From: Bacillota bacterium
GTDB taxonomy: Bacteria > Bacillota > Clostridia > Lachnospirales > Lachnospiraceae
Length of the DNA stretch: 64,000 bases
NCBI GenBank assembly: GCA_023391695.1
Contig: JAEWAK010000008.1
Location: 56,081 to 120,080 of the forward strand
Reading direction: 5' to 3'
Below are positions 8,895 through 18,572 of this stretch, piece by piece. The notes below the pieces were generated by a model, which worked only from the letters and a program-made list of their open reading frames with translations, made no database searches and had not been told where the DNA came from. The stretch's first letter is position 1; every line of letters starts with the position of its first letter. The translations under genes and the position numbers were made by a program.

Positions 8895-10247
8895 TTACCG
8901 GATGTACCGCTTCCTGACATAAATTTGATAATATATGATAAATAGTACGGAAGTGATTGACCAAGCAAGGGGATAACTGAAAATTACGGTCCGGATATCC
9001 GGCCAGATAGGTACTGCGACAGAAATCCAGAGAATACGCATGACACATACACCCAGGCAGGTAAGGATCATGGGAATTAACGCACTGCCCATTCCCCTTA
9101 AGGAACCGGAAAATATTTCGATGGAAACATAGGTAAAATAAACCGGTACCAGAAAGTGTAAAATTTCCATTCCTTTTTCTATTACCTGCCGGTCATCGGT
9201 AAACAGCCGGTATACATAAGAACCTCCGAAAGACAAAAGTATGCTTAAACCGACTGCCGTAGACAATGCCATGATTAAACATACCCTGACGCCTTTCCGG
9301 ACCCTGTCATTTTTACCGGCACCAAAATTCTGCCCAACAAAGGTGGTAACCGATATGCCAAAAGACCCCATTATCATCCAAAACACACCGTCTATCTTGC
9401 CATAGGCTGCCCAGGCAGCTATGGTATCCGTCCCAAACTGGTTCATATTGGACTGGATCAGCACATTGGATAAAGAATACATAAGGGACTGGAAACCTGC
9501 CGGGATTCCGATATGTATGATTTTATTTAACATTTCTTTATGGAAACGTATCTTTCTTAAGTACAGCCGGTAACAGTCTTCCGACCTCATCAGGGTCAGG
9601 CATACAAGGACCGCACTGAAAAATTGTGAAATAACCGTAGCTATGCCCACTCCGGCTACGCCCCATTTAAAACCCACGACAAATAATATATCCAGAATAA
9701 TGTTTAGGAAACAGCTGAGGATCAAAAAATATAAAGGCCGTCTGGAATCGCCGATTGCACGCAGGATACCTGCCCCTATGTTATAAACCAGATTGGCTGT
9801 CATTCCACAAAAATAGATTCTTATAAAAATCAGGGAATAAGGCATGATAACCTTCGGTGTACTCATGAATCTTAACGCCGCCGGTGCTCCGATGATGCCC
9901 GCAACCATGATAAGGGCACCCCCGGTTAAAGCCAGCATAATGGCCGAATGTACGGTTTTGCTGACTTCCTCTTCCCGCCTGGCACCGTAATATTGAGAAA
10001 TCGTCACGGTTGCACCGGTTGAAATACCTACAAAGCAGCCTACAAATACATTGATGATTGCCCCTGTTGTCCCACCTACTGCAGATAAAGCTTCCTTGCC
10101 GACATATTTGCCAACTACGATAGCATCTGCTGTAGTATATAACTGCTGAAAAAAAGTACCGAACAGCAATGGAAAGAAAAAAGTGAGAAGTTGTTTCCAA
10201 ATGACCCCTTCCGTAATACCATTGCCGACAGCCTGATTCTGTTTCAT
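8895..10247 (-). CDS. MATE family efflux transporter
   Basis: FQQLYTTADAIVVG, LRAIGDSRRPL, GVAGVGIATVISQ and FVGQNFGA motifs; about 12 TM segments. Confidence 0.93.
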   Translation of the reverse strand: MKQNQAVGNGITEGVIWKQLLTFFFPLLFGTFFQQLYTTADAIVVGKYVGKEALSAVGGTTGAIINVFVGCFVGISTGATVTISQYYGARREEEVSKTVHSAIMLALTGGALIMVAGIIGAPAALRFMSTPKVIMPYSLIFIRIYFCGMTANLVYNIGAGILRAIGDSRRPLYFLILSCFLNIILDILFVVGFKWGVAGVGIATVISQFFSAVLVCLTLMRSEDCYRLYLRKIRFHKEMLNKIIHIGIPAGFQSLMYSLSNVLIQSNMNQFGTDTIAAWAAYGKIDGVFWMIMGSFGISVTTFVGQNFGAGKNDRVRKGVRVCLIMALSTAVGLSILLSFGGSYVYRLFTDDRQVIEKGMEILHFLVPVYFTYVSIEIFSGSLRGMGSALIPMILTCLGVCVMRILWISVAVPIWPDIRTVIFSYPLAWSITSVLFIIYYQIYVRKRYIR

Positions 10248-10557
10248 AATTTGCTCCTTTGCATTCGATGAATTATAACATCCGAAATTAAATTATACTA
10301 AATTACGACAACAGATTCAATTTGTAATTTTGTTATTTGACAAATTATTTTTTAATTTTACAAATATTTATTTTATCGCTTTCATTAATACAGGTTGTCC
10401 GATTCATTTCACCTCTGCCTGACCATGGACTTAAAACCCGCTATAAACATTTAAAATTTTGTTTGCCATCTCCCGGCAGTAATAAGCCTTATAAAAGGAT
10501 AAATTCTGTTATTATGGAAATACTGTTCCTACTACATGAAACGAAAGGAATTCAATC

Positions 10558-10713
10558 ATGGATAACAATAAAAACAGAATGAAGGACAGAGAGAAAAGCA
10601 ATTCCGAATTAAGAAAAATGAAACCGAAAGAAAATGCCGGCGCTGGAATTAAAAACGGGCAGATTACAGGTGTACATGAAGGAAAACACGAAAGAAGCAG
10701 AACAGAAAAATAG
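10558..10713 (+). CDS. small hydrophilic 51-aa protein, not in the ORF track
   Basis: RBS GAAAGGAA; MDNNKNRMKDREKSNSELRKMKPKENAGAGIKNGQITGVHEGKHERSRTEK; followed by hairpin GACCTGGCTT/AAGCCAGGTC. Confidence 0.6.
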   Translation: MDNNKNRMKDREKSNSELRKMKPKENAGAGIKNGQITGVHEGKHERSRTEK

Positions 10714-10722
10714 ACCTGGCTT

Positions 10723-10992
10723 TTATTCCGTAAGCCAGGTCCCTGACCGGCAGGCCTCCTCCAGTACCTCAGGCTGTCTGAGAATATCCTCTGGCTTTAA
10801 GCTTCCGCCGGCAATCAAAATTTTATACTCACCAAAACCCAGGAAAACAAGATTATTTCCGGCATGTTCGAAGTAATGGCGAAACATTCCGGTATCCTCC
10901 CTTGCCTGGGTAGCTGCCAGGAGAACCTTTTTGCCAGGAGCCAGGCTGCTGGTATAATTGAGATATTCCGGATTGGAACCTTAATCTTTCAT
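10723..10992 (-). pseudogene. remnant of a flavodoxin-fold (iron-sulfur flavoprotein / FMN reductase-like) gene
   Basis: RBS AGGAGAAGG, then ATG AAA GAT TAA; in frame afterwards ...SSLAPGKKVLLAATQA...LVFLGF...IAGG...DILRQPEVLEEACRSGTWL, resembling a flavodoxin-family C-terminal half. Confidence 0.5.
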
Positions 10993-11006
10993 TTATCCTT
11001 CTCCTG

Positions 11007-12164
11007 TTACCACATAAAATAGTCATTTCCTTTTAATTTCAGCAATGCTTCCAGTAAGAAATAATCCGCATAAACCAGATTCAAATGATGTTCTGCCGCA
11101 TGATATGCTCCTGAACAATGGGTCAGTACACCGTCATTTGCCGAAGTAAAATCACTGTGTTTGTCGGTTAATGCCTTTAACATCCTGACTGCGGCATTAA
11201 AATAAATCTTCCGGTCCCATTCTTCCACTTCCTTAGAAAGTTCGATTAAACCGCCGGCTGCAATCGCTGCCGCAGTATCATCCATCCAATAAGGTTCCTC
11301 AGGCTGGCGGAAATCGACCGGGATCAGTCCGTCCTCCGGAATATTGGCAATAAAATAATTAGCCACTTTTTTTGCAGTATCCAGATACTCCTTTTTGCGG
11401 GTATGCTTATAGCTGATCACAAACCCGTAAAGTGCCCAGGACTGCCCTCTTGTCCAGGAGGAACCGTCCCCATACCCCTGCCCGCCGTAGGTTTTTACAA
11501 CCTCACCGCTTTCCGGATCGAACTCCACAATATGACCTGAGGAACCATCGGGCCGGATAAATACGTCCATGGCCGTATCCGCATGGAGCATTGCAATCTG
11601 ACGGTATCTTGGGTCATTGGTTTCCTCCGTAGCCCAATAAAGGAGCGGTATGTTAAACAGACAGTCGATAATTGCCCAGCCTCTAGTATCCTTATCCGCT
11701 CCGTCATTCCAGGCACGGATAAACTTCCCCGCCGGATTAAAACGCCCGGCCAATAAACCTGCCGCATGAAGAGCTCTCTTTCTGGACTCTTCATTACCTG
11801 TCAGCTTATAATCCGCCACCGCCGTCGGCAGCCACATAAATCCCACATCATGATGCAGTCCGTAATAATCCGTAAAACACTGATCCAGCTTTTTCTCCGA
11901 TATTGCAGCAATTTCCGCATACCGCTCCTTACCTGTCTGATAATACATCTGCCACAGTATGCCGCCCCAGAACCCATTGGTCCACCAATTAAGCCCATTG
12001 TCCGCTGTCCAGGAAACACTTCCGTCAGACCGGTCATCATGCTCCCCGTTTATGGTAGTTGCAGGTATCTTATCTTTGGATTTTTCACTTACCCGTTCCA
12101 TTTTTGCCATAAACTTTTCTAAAGTTTCCTCTAACCATACCCTGTCTTTGTCCTTTAAATTCAT
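11007..12164 (-). CDS. glycoside hydrolase family 88 (unsaturated glucuronyl hydrolase)
   Basis: WTNGFWGG, HDVGF, IIDCLFN, SWTRGQSW and YADYF motifs; start after RBS AAAGGAG. Confidence 0.9.
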   Translation of the reverse strand: MNLKDKDRVWLEETLEKFMAKMERVSEKSKDKIPATTINGEHDDRSDGSVSWTADNGLNWWTNGFWGGILWQMYYQTGKERYAEIAAISEKKLDQCFTDYYGLHHDVGFMWLPTAVADYKLTGNEESRKRALHAAGLLAGRFNPAGKFIRAWNDGADKDTRGWAIIDCLFNIPLLYWATEETNDPRYRQIAMLHADTAMDVFIRPDGSSGHIVEFDPESGEVVKTYGGQGYGDGSSWTRGQSWALYGFVISYKHTRKKEYLDTAKKVANYFIANIPEDGLIPVDFRQPEEPYWMDDTAAAIAAGGLIELSKEVEEWDRKIYFNAAVRMLKALTDKHSDFTSANDGVLTHCSGAYHAAEHHLNLVYADYFLLEALLKLKGNDYFMW

Positions 12165-12399
12165 AACTAATTCTCCTTTCACATGACAGTACACCTGAAT
12201 CTTAGAGCATATTACAGGAATACTCCGTTCATTTTTACTTTATCATACCCCTATGTGACAGGATTGAAAATGAATAATACTCCGATTTATTTGACTTTTT
12301 CTCCGGTAATGTTAAAATAGAGACAAAGTCAAATACGTCTGATTCCCGCCGACTGGCGTGAGACTTCCCTTGATGGATCAAAAAAGAGAGGACATAATT

Positions 12400-13188
12400 A
12401 TGTATCAATTCAACTACGGCAGCTATAATATTTACAGCGATGATTCCTTTGTCATTTACCGTCCGAAGGGCAGTACGGACTATCTGCTTTTACTGTTTTT
12501 ATCACCGATGAAGGTCCATTTTGCCGACGGAAGCAGTACGGTTACTTTACCTGGAGCCTGTATGCTCTATCCCCCGGGTATTTACCAGCATTATCACGCG
12601 GTTTCCAAATTTTACAACAGTTATATGCATTTTTCGGTCGATGAAGATTTTTTAAACAAATTTCCGGTTCCGGTAAACCAGGTATTTTATCCCGACAACC
12701 ATCAGGAAATAAATTTAATGTTCAAGAAAATTGCAGAAGAATTCTATCTGCAGAATCTGTACCGGGAATATAAACTGGATATTTTAATCAGGAATCTGCT
12801 GATTGAGCTGTCCAGATCCGTACATACGAAAGACCTGCAGACACTCTCAGGAAATAAAGCATTACAGGAAGTTTTTGACCGTGCCCGGCTTACCATACTG
12901 CAAAACTGCCAAAAAGACTGGACTACGGAAGAAATGTGCAGGTTGGTTAATCTCGGAAAAAGCCAATTCTTTTTTTATTATAATCTGTTTTACAAGTGCA
13001 GTCCGAAAACGGATTTACTGGCAGCACGCTTAGATAAGGCAAAGAACATGCTGACCAGCGAGGCCATGCAGGTTTCCGCCGTAGCAGAAGCCTGCGGCTT
13101 CCACAATATTCATTACTTCAGCAGGTGCTTTACCAAAAATTGCGGCTGCCCGCCCAGCCAGTATTATAAGAAATTGAAACGAGTGTAA
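12400..13188 (+). CDS. AraC family regulator, divergent from GH88
   Basis: C-terminal VAEACGFHNIHYFSRCFTKNCGCPP; N-terminal cupin-like region. Confidence 0.9.
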   Translation: MYQFNYGSYNIYSDDSFVIYRPKGSTDYLLLLFLSPMKVHFADGSSTVTLPGACMLYPPGIYQHYHAVSKFYNSYMHFSVDEDFLNKFPVPVNQVFYPDNHQEINLMFKKIAEEFYLQNLYREYKLDILIRNLLIELSRSVHTKDLQTLSGNKALQEVFDRARLTILQNCQKDWTTEEMCRLVNLGKSQFFFYYNLFYKCSPKTDLLAARLDKAKNMLTSEAMQVSAVAEACGFHNIHYFSRCFTKNCGCPPSQYYKKLKRV

Positions 13189-13192
13189 ACTG

Positions 13193-14707
13193 TTACCCGG
13201 AAAGTATTCGCTTGCGGTAATTGCTGGGAGTTTCCCCATACTTACGCTGGAACATCTCCGAGAATGTTCTTGCATCGCGGTATCCTGCCTCCAAAGCTAT
13301 TTCATATGCCATTTTATCCGTAGTGAGCAGTAGCTTAACCGCATGTTCCATACGGATCTCATTGAGGTAATCCTTGAAATTCCTGCCGGCCTGTTTTTTA
13401 AAGAAAGCACTGAAATAATAGGGATTCATGTGGATTTCCTGAGCCAGGACATCCAAGGTCAGATTTTCCTGATAATGCCGTCCGATATATTCCTTGGCGC
13501 GGATAATGTCTTTCTTATCACTTTCCAAAAGCGAGTGTCGTACCAGTGACCCGTATTTTTCATATAAGTCTCTGAAATACCGGGTTAGCTCTTCATAATC
13601 ATAAAAGCTCCGGCTCTTATCCAACATCTCTTTCATCTGGACCCCGGTTCCCTCCAACCCCATGGACCAAACCCGCAGTTCCATATCCCAGATACAGTTA
13701 CAAAAATGGAAACAGGCGTCTTCCTTTCTTCCATCCGATATCATACATACTGCTTTCAGAAGTTTTTCAAACCATTGCCCGCATTCTTCCGCCGACTGTT
13801 TAAAAATTGCCTGCTGCATGCCTACACTATACTCCCTTACCTTGGAATGCTCTCCCTGACGGGCAAAGACTCTCTCTTCCACATCCAACAGCATGCGCGG
13901 TAAATATCCTGCAAAATAAAAGTATCCCTGCATATCCTTACAGGCAGCATACTGGCCCGGTATTTCGCTCATGGAATGTACCTCTTTTCCAACGATGATT
14001 CCAACGGAGTGATGTTTTTCCTCTTCCGCCAGACTCCTTAGCTGGTGCAGGAGAGCCTTTCCTTCCGGCTTATTCATTCCTTTCAAAACCACTATAATGC
14101 TGTTATTTTTCTCAAAAACAATTCCTCTGTTTTCCACTTCTAATGCCTGTTCCCAAAAAGACAGTACTGAAAATGCAATCAGGCGCCTCTCCCTGGACGT
14201 CTCTTCCCTGTCATACAATACTACAATCTGTGCGGGCAGGTAAATCGTATCCTCCAGGGCATCCAGTTTTTCATAGGGCATGTCATTTTCACCGGCCTGG
14301 TCTTCTCCGGGGGTGCTTTTCCAACTCAGTCTTTCCTGAATTGTCAGCAGACATTTTTCCAAAGCATGCATTAACTCCTCCTGATTGACCGGCTTGAGCA
14401 GGTAGTCTGCGGCACCGTACTTTACTGCATCCTGGGCATAGGAAAAATTCTGGTAACCGCTGATAAAAATCACCTGTGTCTCGCTTTTGAACTCCTTTAG
14501 TTTACTCAGTATCTGTATCCCGTCTATTTTTGGCATCGCTATATCCAATAAGGCAATATCCGGCCGCAGGGACAAGATCCCGTCCAGTGCCGACTGCCCG
14601 TCTTCATAGACTTCCGCCACTTCAATCCCCATTATTTCCCAATCAATTAATTTCCTAAGTCCGCGGATGATAACAGGTTCATCATCCGCAATAATCATCT
14701 TTATCAT
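13193..14707 (-). CDS. YesN-like response regulator (receiver plus AraC HTH)
   Basis: IADDE, LLDIAMP and YLLKP receiver motifs; C-terminal AraC HTH. Confidence 0.92.
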   Translation of the reverse strand: MIKMIIADDEPVIIRGLRKLIDWEIMGIEVAEVYEDGQSALDGILSLRPDIALLDIAMPKIDGIQILSKLKEFKSETQVIFISGYQNFSYAQDAVKYGAADYLLKPVNQEELMHALEKCLLTIQERLSWKSTPGEDQAGENDMPYEKLDALEDTIYLPAQIVVLYDREETSRERRLIAFSVLSFWEQALEVENRGIVFEKNNSIIVVLKGMNKPEGKALLHQLRSLAEEEKHHSVGIIVGKEVHSMSEIPGQYAACKDMQGYFYFAGYLPRMLLDVEERVFARQGEHSKVREYSVGMQQAIFKQSAEECGQWFEKLLKAVCMISDGRKEDACFHFCNCIWDMELRVWSMGLEGTGVQMKEMLDKSRSFYDYEELTRYFRDLYEKYGSLVRHSLLESDKKDIIRAKEYIGRHYQENLTLDVLAQEIHMNPYYFSAFFKKQAGRNFKDYLNEIRMEHAVKLLLTTDKMAYEIALEAGYRDARTFSEMFQRKYGETPSNYRKRILSG

Positions 14708-14709
14708 CC

Positions 14710-16533
14710 TTAAGCTTTCTCCTCTTTTACATACGGCATTACAATACGGATCATGGTTCCTACCCCAACCTGGCTGGTCACCTTAATACCATAAGGTTCA
14801 CCATACAAATACCGTACACGGTCATGGACATTTTTCAGTCCGATACTCTGCCAGTCATCTTCCCGTTTGATACCGATGGCCTCACTTTCGATTAAATCAT
14901 ATAAACTTTGCATGATATCCTTGCTCATACCAACACCGTCATCCATAACTGCAATTTCCATTTTACCGTCCTTTGCCGTTACATCGATCATGACCGTACC
15001 GTTTCCGCCCCGAGCCTTGAATCCATGAACATAAGCATTCTCCACAATGGGCTGTAAAATCAGCTTGGGAACTCTGGCATCCGAATAACCGTTTAATTCC
15101 ACAGCCAGGTGGATTTTCCCATTAATACGGCAATTCAGCAGGTATACATACTTTTCCGCAATTTCTACTTCTCTTACCAACGGGACGACATCCTGCACCG
15201 TTCCTATCATATACCGGATCTGGGCAGATAATGCCTCTATCATTTTAGAAACCTTGTTTCCGTCCTTTTCTTCCAAGGCTGTCATACGGATTACCTCCAG
15301 TGTATTAAAAAGAAAATGGGGGTATATCTGGGATTTGAGAGCTGTCATTTCCGCTTCATTCTGTTTAATCTGTGCGACAAAGGACTGGTTGATATATTTT
15401 TCCAGCTCCCGGGACATCTCATTAAACCGTTTTGATAAAACACCGATTTCATCATTGCTTTCCACCAGCAGCAGGACATTAAAATCACCGATCTCCAGTT
15501 TGCCCATCTGTCTCATCATATCCCGGATAGGGCGGGTAAGTTTTCTGGAAAACAGAATGGATACCCCAAAAAGTGCAAGGATCGAGACCAGAATTATGGT
15601 ATACATCAGGTTTCTGGTAGCCCAAAGCTTACCGAAAGCGGCCTTTTTATCCATCTGCACCGTAATGGAAATACCATAATCATTCGCCGGAACATGAATA
15701 ATAAAATCTTTGGAACTACCCTCCAGTTTTATTTTCGCTTCTCCTAAATTCTTACCGATCAGTTCCTTCTGTGTGCTGTAGAAACATCTGTTTTCACTGT
15801 CATAAACATAAATTTTACTATTGTCCCCAAAATCCGCCGACATAAACAGCGAATAAATCAGCTTCATATCTATATCAATAAAAATTGTCCCCACATAGGG
15901 CTGCTCCGTTAATCCTCCGGATAAATTAAAATAATTCCGGGCCACCGTAAATACCTCATCGTTCTGGTAATGAAAATAAGAGTTACGGTGGGTTGGAATC
16001 AAAATCATATCTTTCGACTTTTTATCCAGGTGTCCAAAATCCATCACCCGGTAAAAAATATCCCAATCCTTAAAATAGGTATTCCTTCCGCTGTAAGGAA
16101 ATCTCAAATCTTCCTCTGTCCCAAGAAAAAAAGTTCCGACTATGGAACTGTCCACGGCATAGACATTCTGCAAAAAACCGGTCATGTTCTGCCTGCGTAC
16201 AAGTTCCTGCTTCTCCGGCTCGATTCCGACCGCCTCCAGGATTTTCCTGAGATTATCAAACGACATATAATTATACTGAAACTTTCCTTCGCTGGAATAA
16301 TTATAATAATAGGGCATCTTGGAAATATCGTTAAAGGACTCCAGCTCCTTATCCAGGGAAACACTTATGTATCTTGCCGCCTGTTCGTAGCCGGAGGTGA
16401 TTGACATCTGATAATCGTACAACATCCGGTTGGTAACTACCGTAACAAGAATCAGCATAGGAAACAGCCCTACCAGTATAATAACCAGCGCGAATTTATG
16501 ATACAGACTGAGGTTATTTAGGGATTTTTTCAT
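14710..16533 (-). CDS. YesM-like sensor histidine kinase (HAMP, His_kinase, HATPase)
   Basis: ALKSQIYPHFLFNTL, LQPIVENA and IGLKNV motifs; two TM segments. Confidence 0.92.
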   Translation of the reverse strand: MKKSLNNLSLYHKFALVIILVGLFPMLILVTVVTNRMLYDYQMSITSGYEQAARYISVSLDKELESFNDISKMPYYYNYSSEGKFQYNYMSFDNLRKILEAVGIEPEKQELVRRQNMTGFLQNVYAVDSSIVGTFFLGTEEDLRFPYSGRNTYFKDWDIFYRVMDFGHLDKKSKDMILIPTHRNSYFHYQNDEVFTVARNYFNLSGGLTEQPYVGTIFIDIDMKLIYSLFMSADFGDNSKIYVYDSENRCFYSTQKELIGKNLGEAKIKLEGSSKDFIIHVPANDYGISITVQMDKKAAFGKLWATRNLMYTIILVSILALFGVSILFSRKLTRPIRDMMRQMGKLEIGDFNVLLLVESNDEIGVLSKRFNEMSRELEKYINQSFVAQIKQNEAEMTALKSQIYPHFLFNTLEVIRMTALEEKDGNKVSKMIEALSAQIRYMIGTVQDVVPLVREVEIAEKYVYLLNCRINGKIHLAVELNGYSDARVPKLILQPIVENAYVHGFKARGGNGTVMIDVTAKDGKMEIAVMDDGVGMSKDIMQSLYDLIESEAIGIKREDDWQSIGLKNVHDRVRYLYGEPYGIKVTSQVGVGTMIRIVMPYVKEEKA

Positions 16534-16636
16534 ATTCACTGCCCTCCGATCCTTAAAAATAAGGAAAGAGAAGGCATGTATACACACACCTTCCTGTTTT
16601 TTAAGTTATTTTAACATATGTCAAGCCTTTCAACAA

Positions 16637-17596
16637 TCAGCCTTTTGCTGCCCCTGCCGTAATTCCTTTTACAAAATACTTCTGCAGGCAGATAAAAATT
16701 AACAAGGCCGGAATGATAGAAATAACCGTTCCTGCAAATACAATATCCCACCGTGCGGAATACTGCCCTACAAAGGAATAAACTTCTGCCGTAATTGTCT
16801 TGGCTTTTCCGGAAGGGAGCACCAGATAGGGCATTAAAAAGTCATTCCAGATTCCCAGCCCGTTTAACACCACCATGGATGCGGTACAGGGTGACAGTAA
16901 GGGAAATGTTACTTTAAAAAACACCTGAAAAGGATTACATCCGTCGATTCTGGCCGCCTCTTCGATTTCAAGGGGAATTCCTTTTAAAAAACTGCAGTAC
17001 ATTAAACTGCCGAAAGCCACGGAACCGGCAATATAACTTAGTATGGGCCCCATCAAATTTCCGTAAACACCCAGGATTTTCATTTCCTTAAACAGGGGAA
17101 ACATATAAAGCTGGAACGGAATCATCATGCCGGCCAGAAAATAAATATAAATAACGGCCGTCACCCTGTTTTTACACCGCTCGATCCCATATGCAGCCAT
17201 TGGGACAATACATACAATCAGAAGCTCGGAAACAACGGTCAGTATGACACTGTTCTTAATTGCCCCCAGAAAGTCGGACTGTGCAAACAGATCCTTAAAA
17301 TTCTGCAAAAACAGGGAAGAAGGGAAAGCCATAGGGTTTTTCAGAATCTCACCATTGCTTTTAAAGGCGGAAATAAAGGCAAAAAAGATGGGAACCAGAA
17401 ATAGAACTGCCAGTAATACGGTAATAATAAACAGGATAACGGATGGTATCCTTGATCGTTTATACATGTTCTTCCGTTTATCCATGCTTTTCCGTTTATC
17501 CATGCTTTTCCGTTTATCCTTGTTTTTCTCCTTTTGCACGTTTTCCCACTTATGCATGTTTTTCTCTTTTTGCATCTGATATACCGGCTCTGCCAT
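16637..17596 (-). CDS. carbohydrate ABC transporter permease with repetitive N-terminal extension
   Basis: EEAARIDG EAA loop and WNDFLMP; start overlaps the upstream stop (TAATG). Confidence 0.9.
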   Translation of the reverse strand: MAEPVYQMQKEKNMHKWENVQKEKNKDKRKSMDKRKSMDKRKNMYKRSRIPSVILFIITVLLAVLFLVPIFFAFISAFKSNGEILKNPMAFPSSLFLQNFKDLFAQSDFLGAIKNSVILTVVSELLIVCIVPMAAYGIERCKNRVTAVIYIYFLAGMMIPFQLYMFPLFKEMKILGVYGNLMGPILSYIAGSVAFGSLMYCSFLKGIPLEIEEAARIDGCNPFQVFFKVTFPLLSPCTASMVVLNGLGIWNDFLMPYLVLPSGKAKTITAEVYSFVGQYSARWDIVFAGTVISIIPALLIFICLQKYFVKGITAGAAKG

Positions 17597-18480
17597 TACA
17601 TCTGCACCTCCCTGCTTCTTAAGAATTTCTGCTGCACCGTATTCAGGAGCATAATAAGGAACAGTAAAACAATACCGACTGCCGTACCAAATCCCTGTCT
17701 TCCTTCACCAAAGCCGACTTTATACAAAAGGTAAACAACTGTCTCTGAAGTAAATCCCGGTCCTCCGTCGGTCATAACGGAAATCTGATCGAACACTTTT
17801 AAACCATTGATCAGGGACAAGGTAAAATTAATGGTAAAAGCTCCTGAAATCAGCGGAAGTGTAATATGCTTAAGACGCTGTACAGAAGATGCCCCGTCTA
17901 TTTTCGCTGCCTCCACCACGTCCATGGAAACACTCTGCAGGGAGGCCAGATATATGATCATGTAATAGCCGGCACCCTTCCATATCAGGACCACCCCAAC
18001 CATGACCAATGTCATTGATACCTTTCCCAACCAATCCTGTGTAAGGTTTTCAAGTCCAATATTTCTTAATACGGAGTTAATGGCACCAAAATTATAATTA
18101 TACATGATCTTCCAAATAAAACCCGATACAATTCCGCTGATCAGTACCGGTATATAAAAAGCGCTGCGGAAGAAGTTCTTCCACCACTTGATATTATCAA
18201 CAATCAATGCAAGAATTAATGCAATCAGATTTTCAAATATGGATATAAACACAGTCAATACCACGGTATTCTTTAAGGCATTGCCAAAGCGTGCACTGGT
18301 AAATATTTCAATATAATTCCGAAGTCCGATAAAATTCACTTTGGGACTGATACCGTCCCACGATGTAAAACTATAATATACACTGGCTATGGTCGGCACT
18401 ATAATAAATAATGTAAATAAAATAAACGATGGTGCGATGAATCCGCAAGTTATCCAGTCAAATCGTTTCTTCTTTGTCAT
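17596..18480 (-). CDS. carbohydrate ABC transporter permease
   Basis: EAAKIDGA, LKVFDQI and TDGGPG motifs; start set at MTKKK. Confidence 0.9.
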   Translation of the reverse strand: MTKKKRFDWITCGFIAPSFILFTLFIIVPTIASVYYSFTSWDGISPKVNFIGLRNYIEIFTSARFGNALKNTVVLTVFISIFENLIALILALIVDNIKWWKNFFRSAFYIPVLISGIVSGFIWKIMYNYNFGAINSVLRNIGLENLTQDWLGKVSMTLVMVGVVLIWKGAGYYMIIYLASLQSVSMDVVEAAKIDGASSVQRLKHITLPLISGAFTINFTLSLINGLKVFDQISVMTDGGPGFTSETVVYLLYKVGFGEGRQGFGTAVGIVLLFLIMLLNTVQQKFLRSREVQM

Positions 18481-18572
18481 ATCGCTTCCATCTCCTTTCC
18501 GGTCACTGAGAAGACTTGATAGGTAAGGGATGGCCCCTTTGGATACAGCTTGCCATCCCAATTTTTATTATC

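Noticed and set aside
18527..18559. Hairpin between the binding-protein and permease genes, and the ORF extension to 18561
   Set aside because: Ordinary stabilising stem-loop of sugar ABC operons; the extension only reads through it
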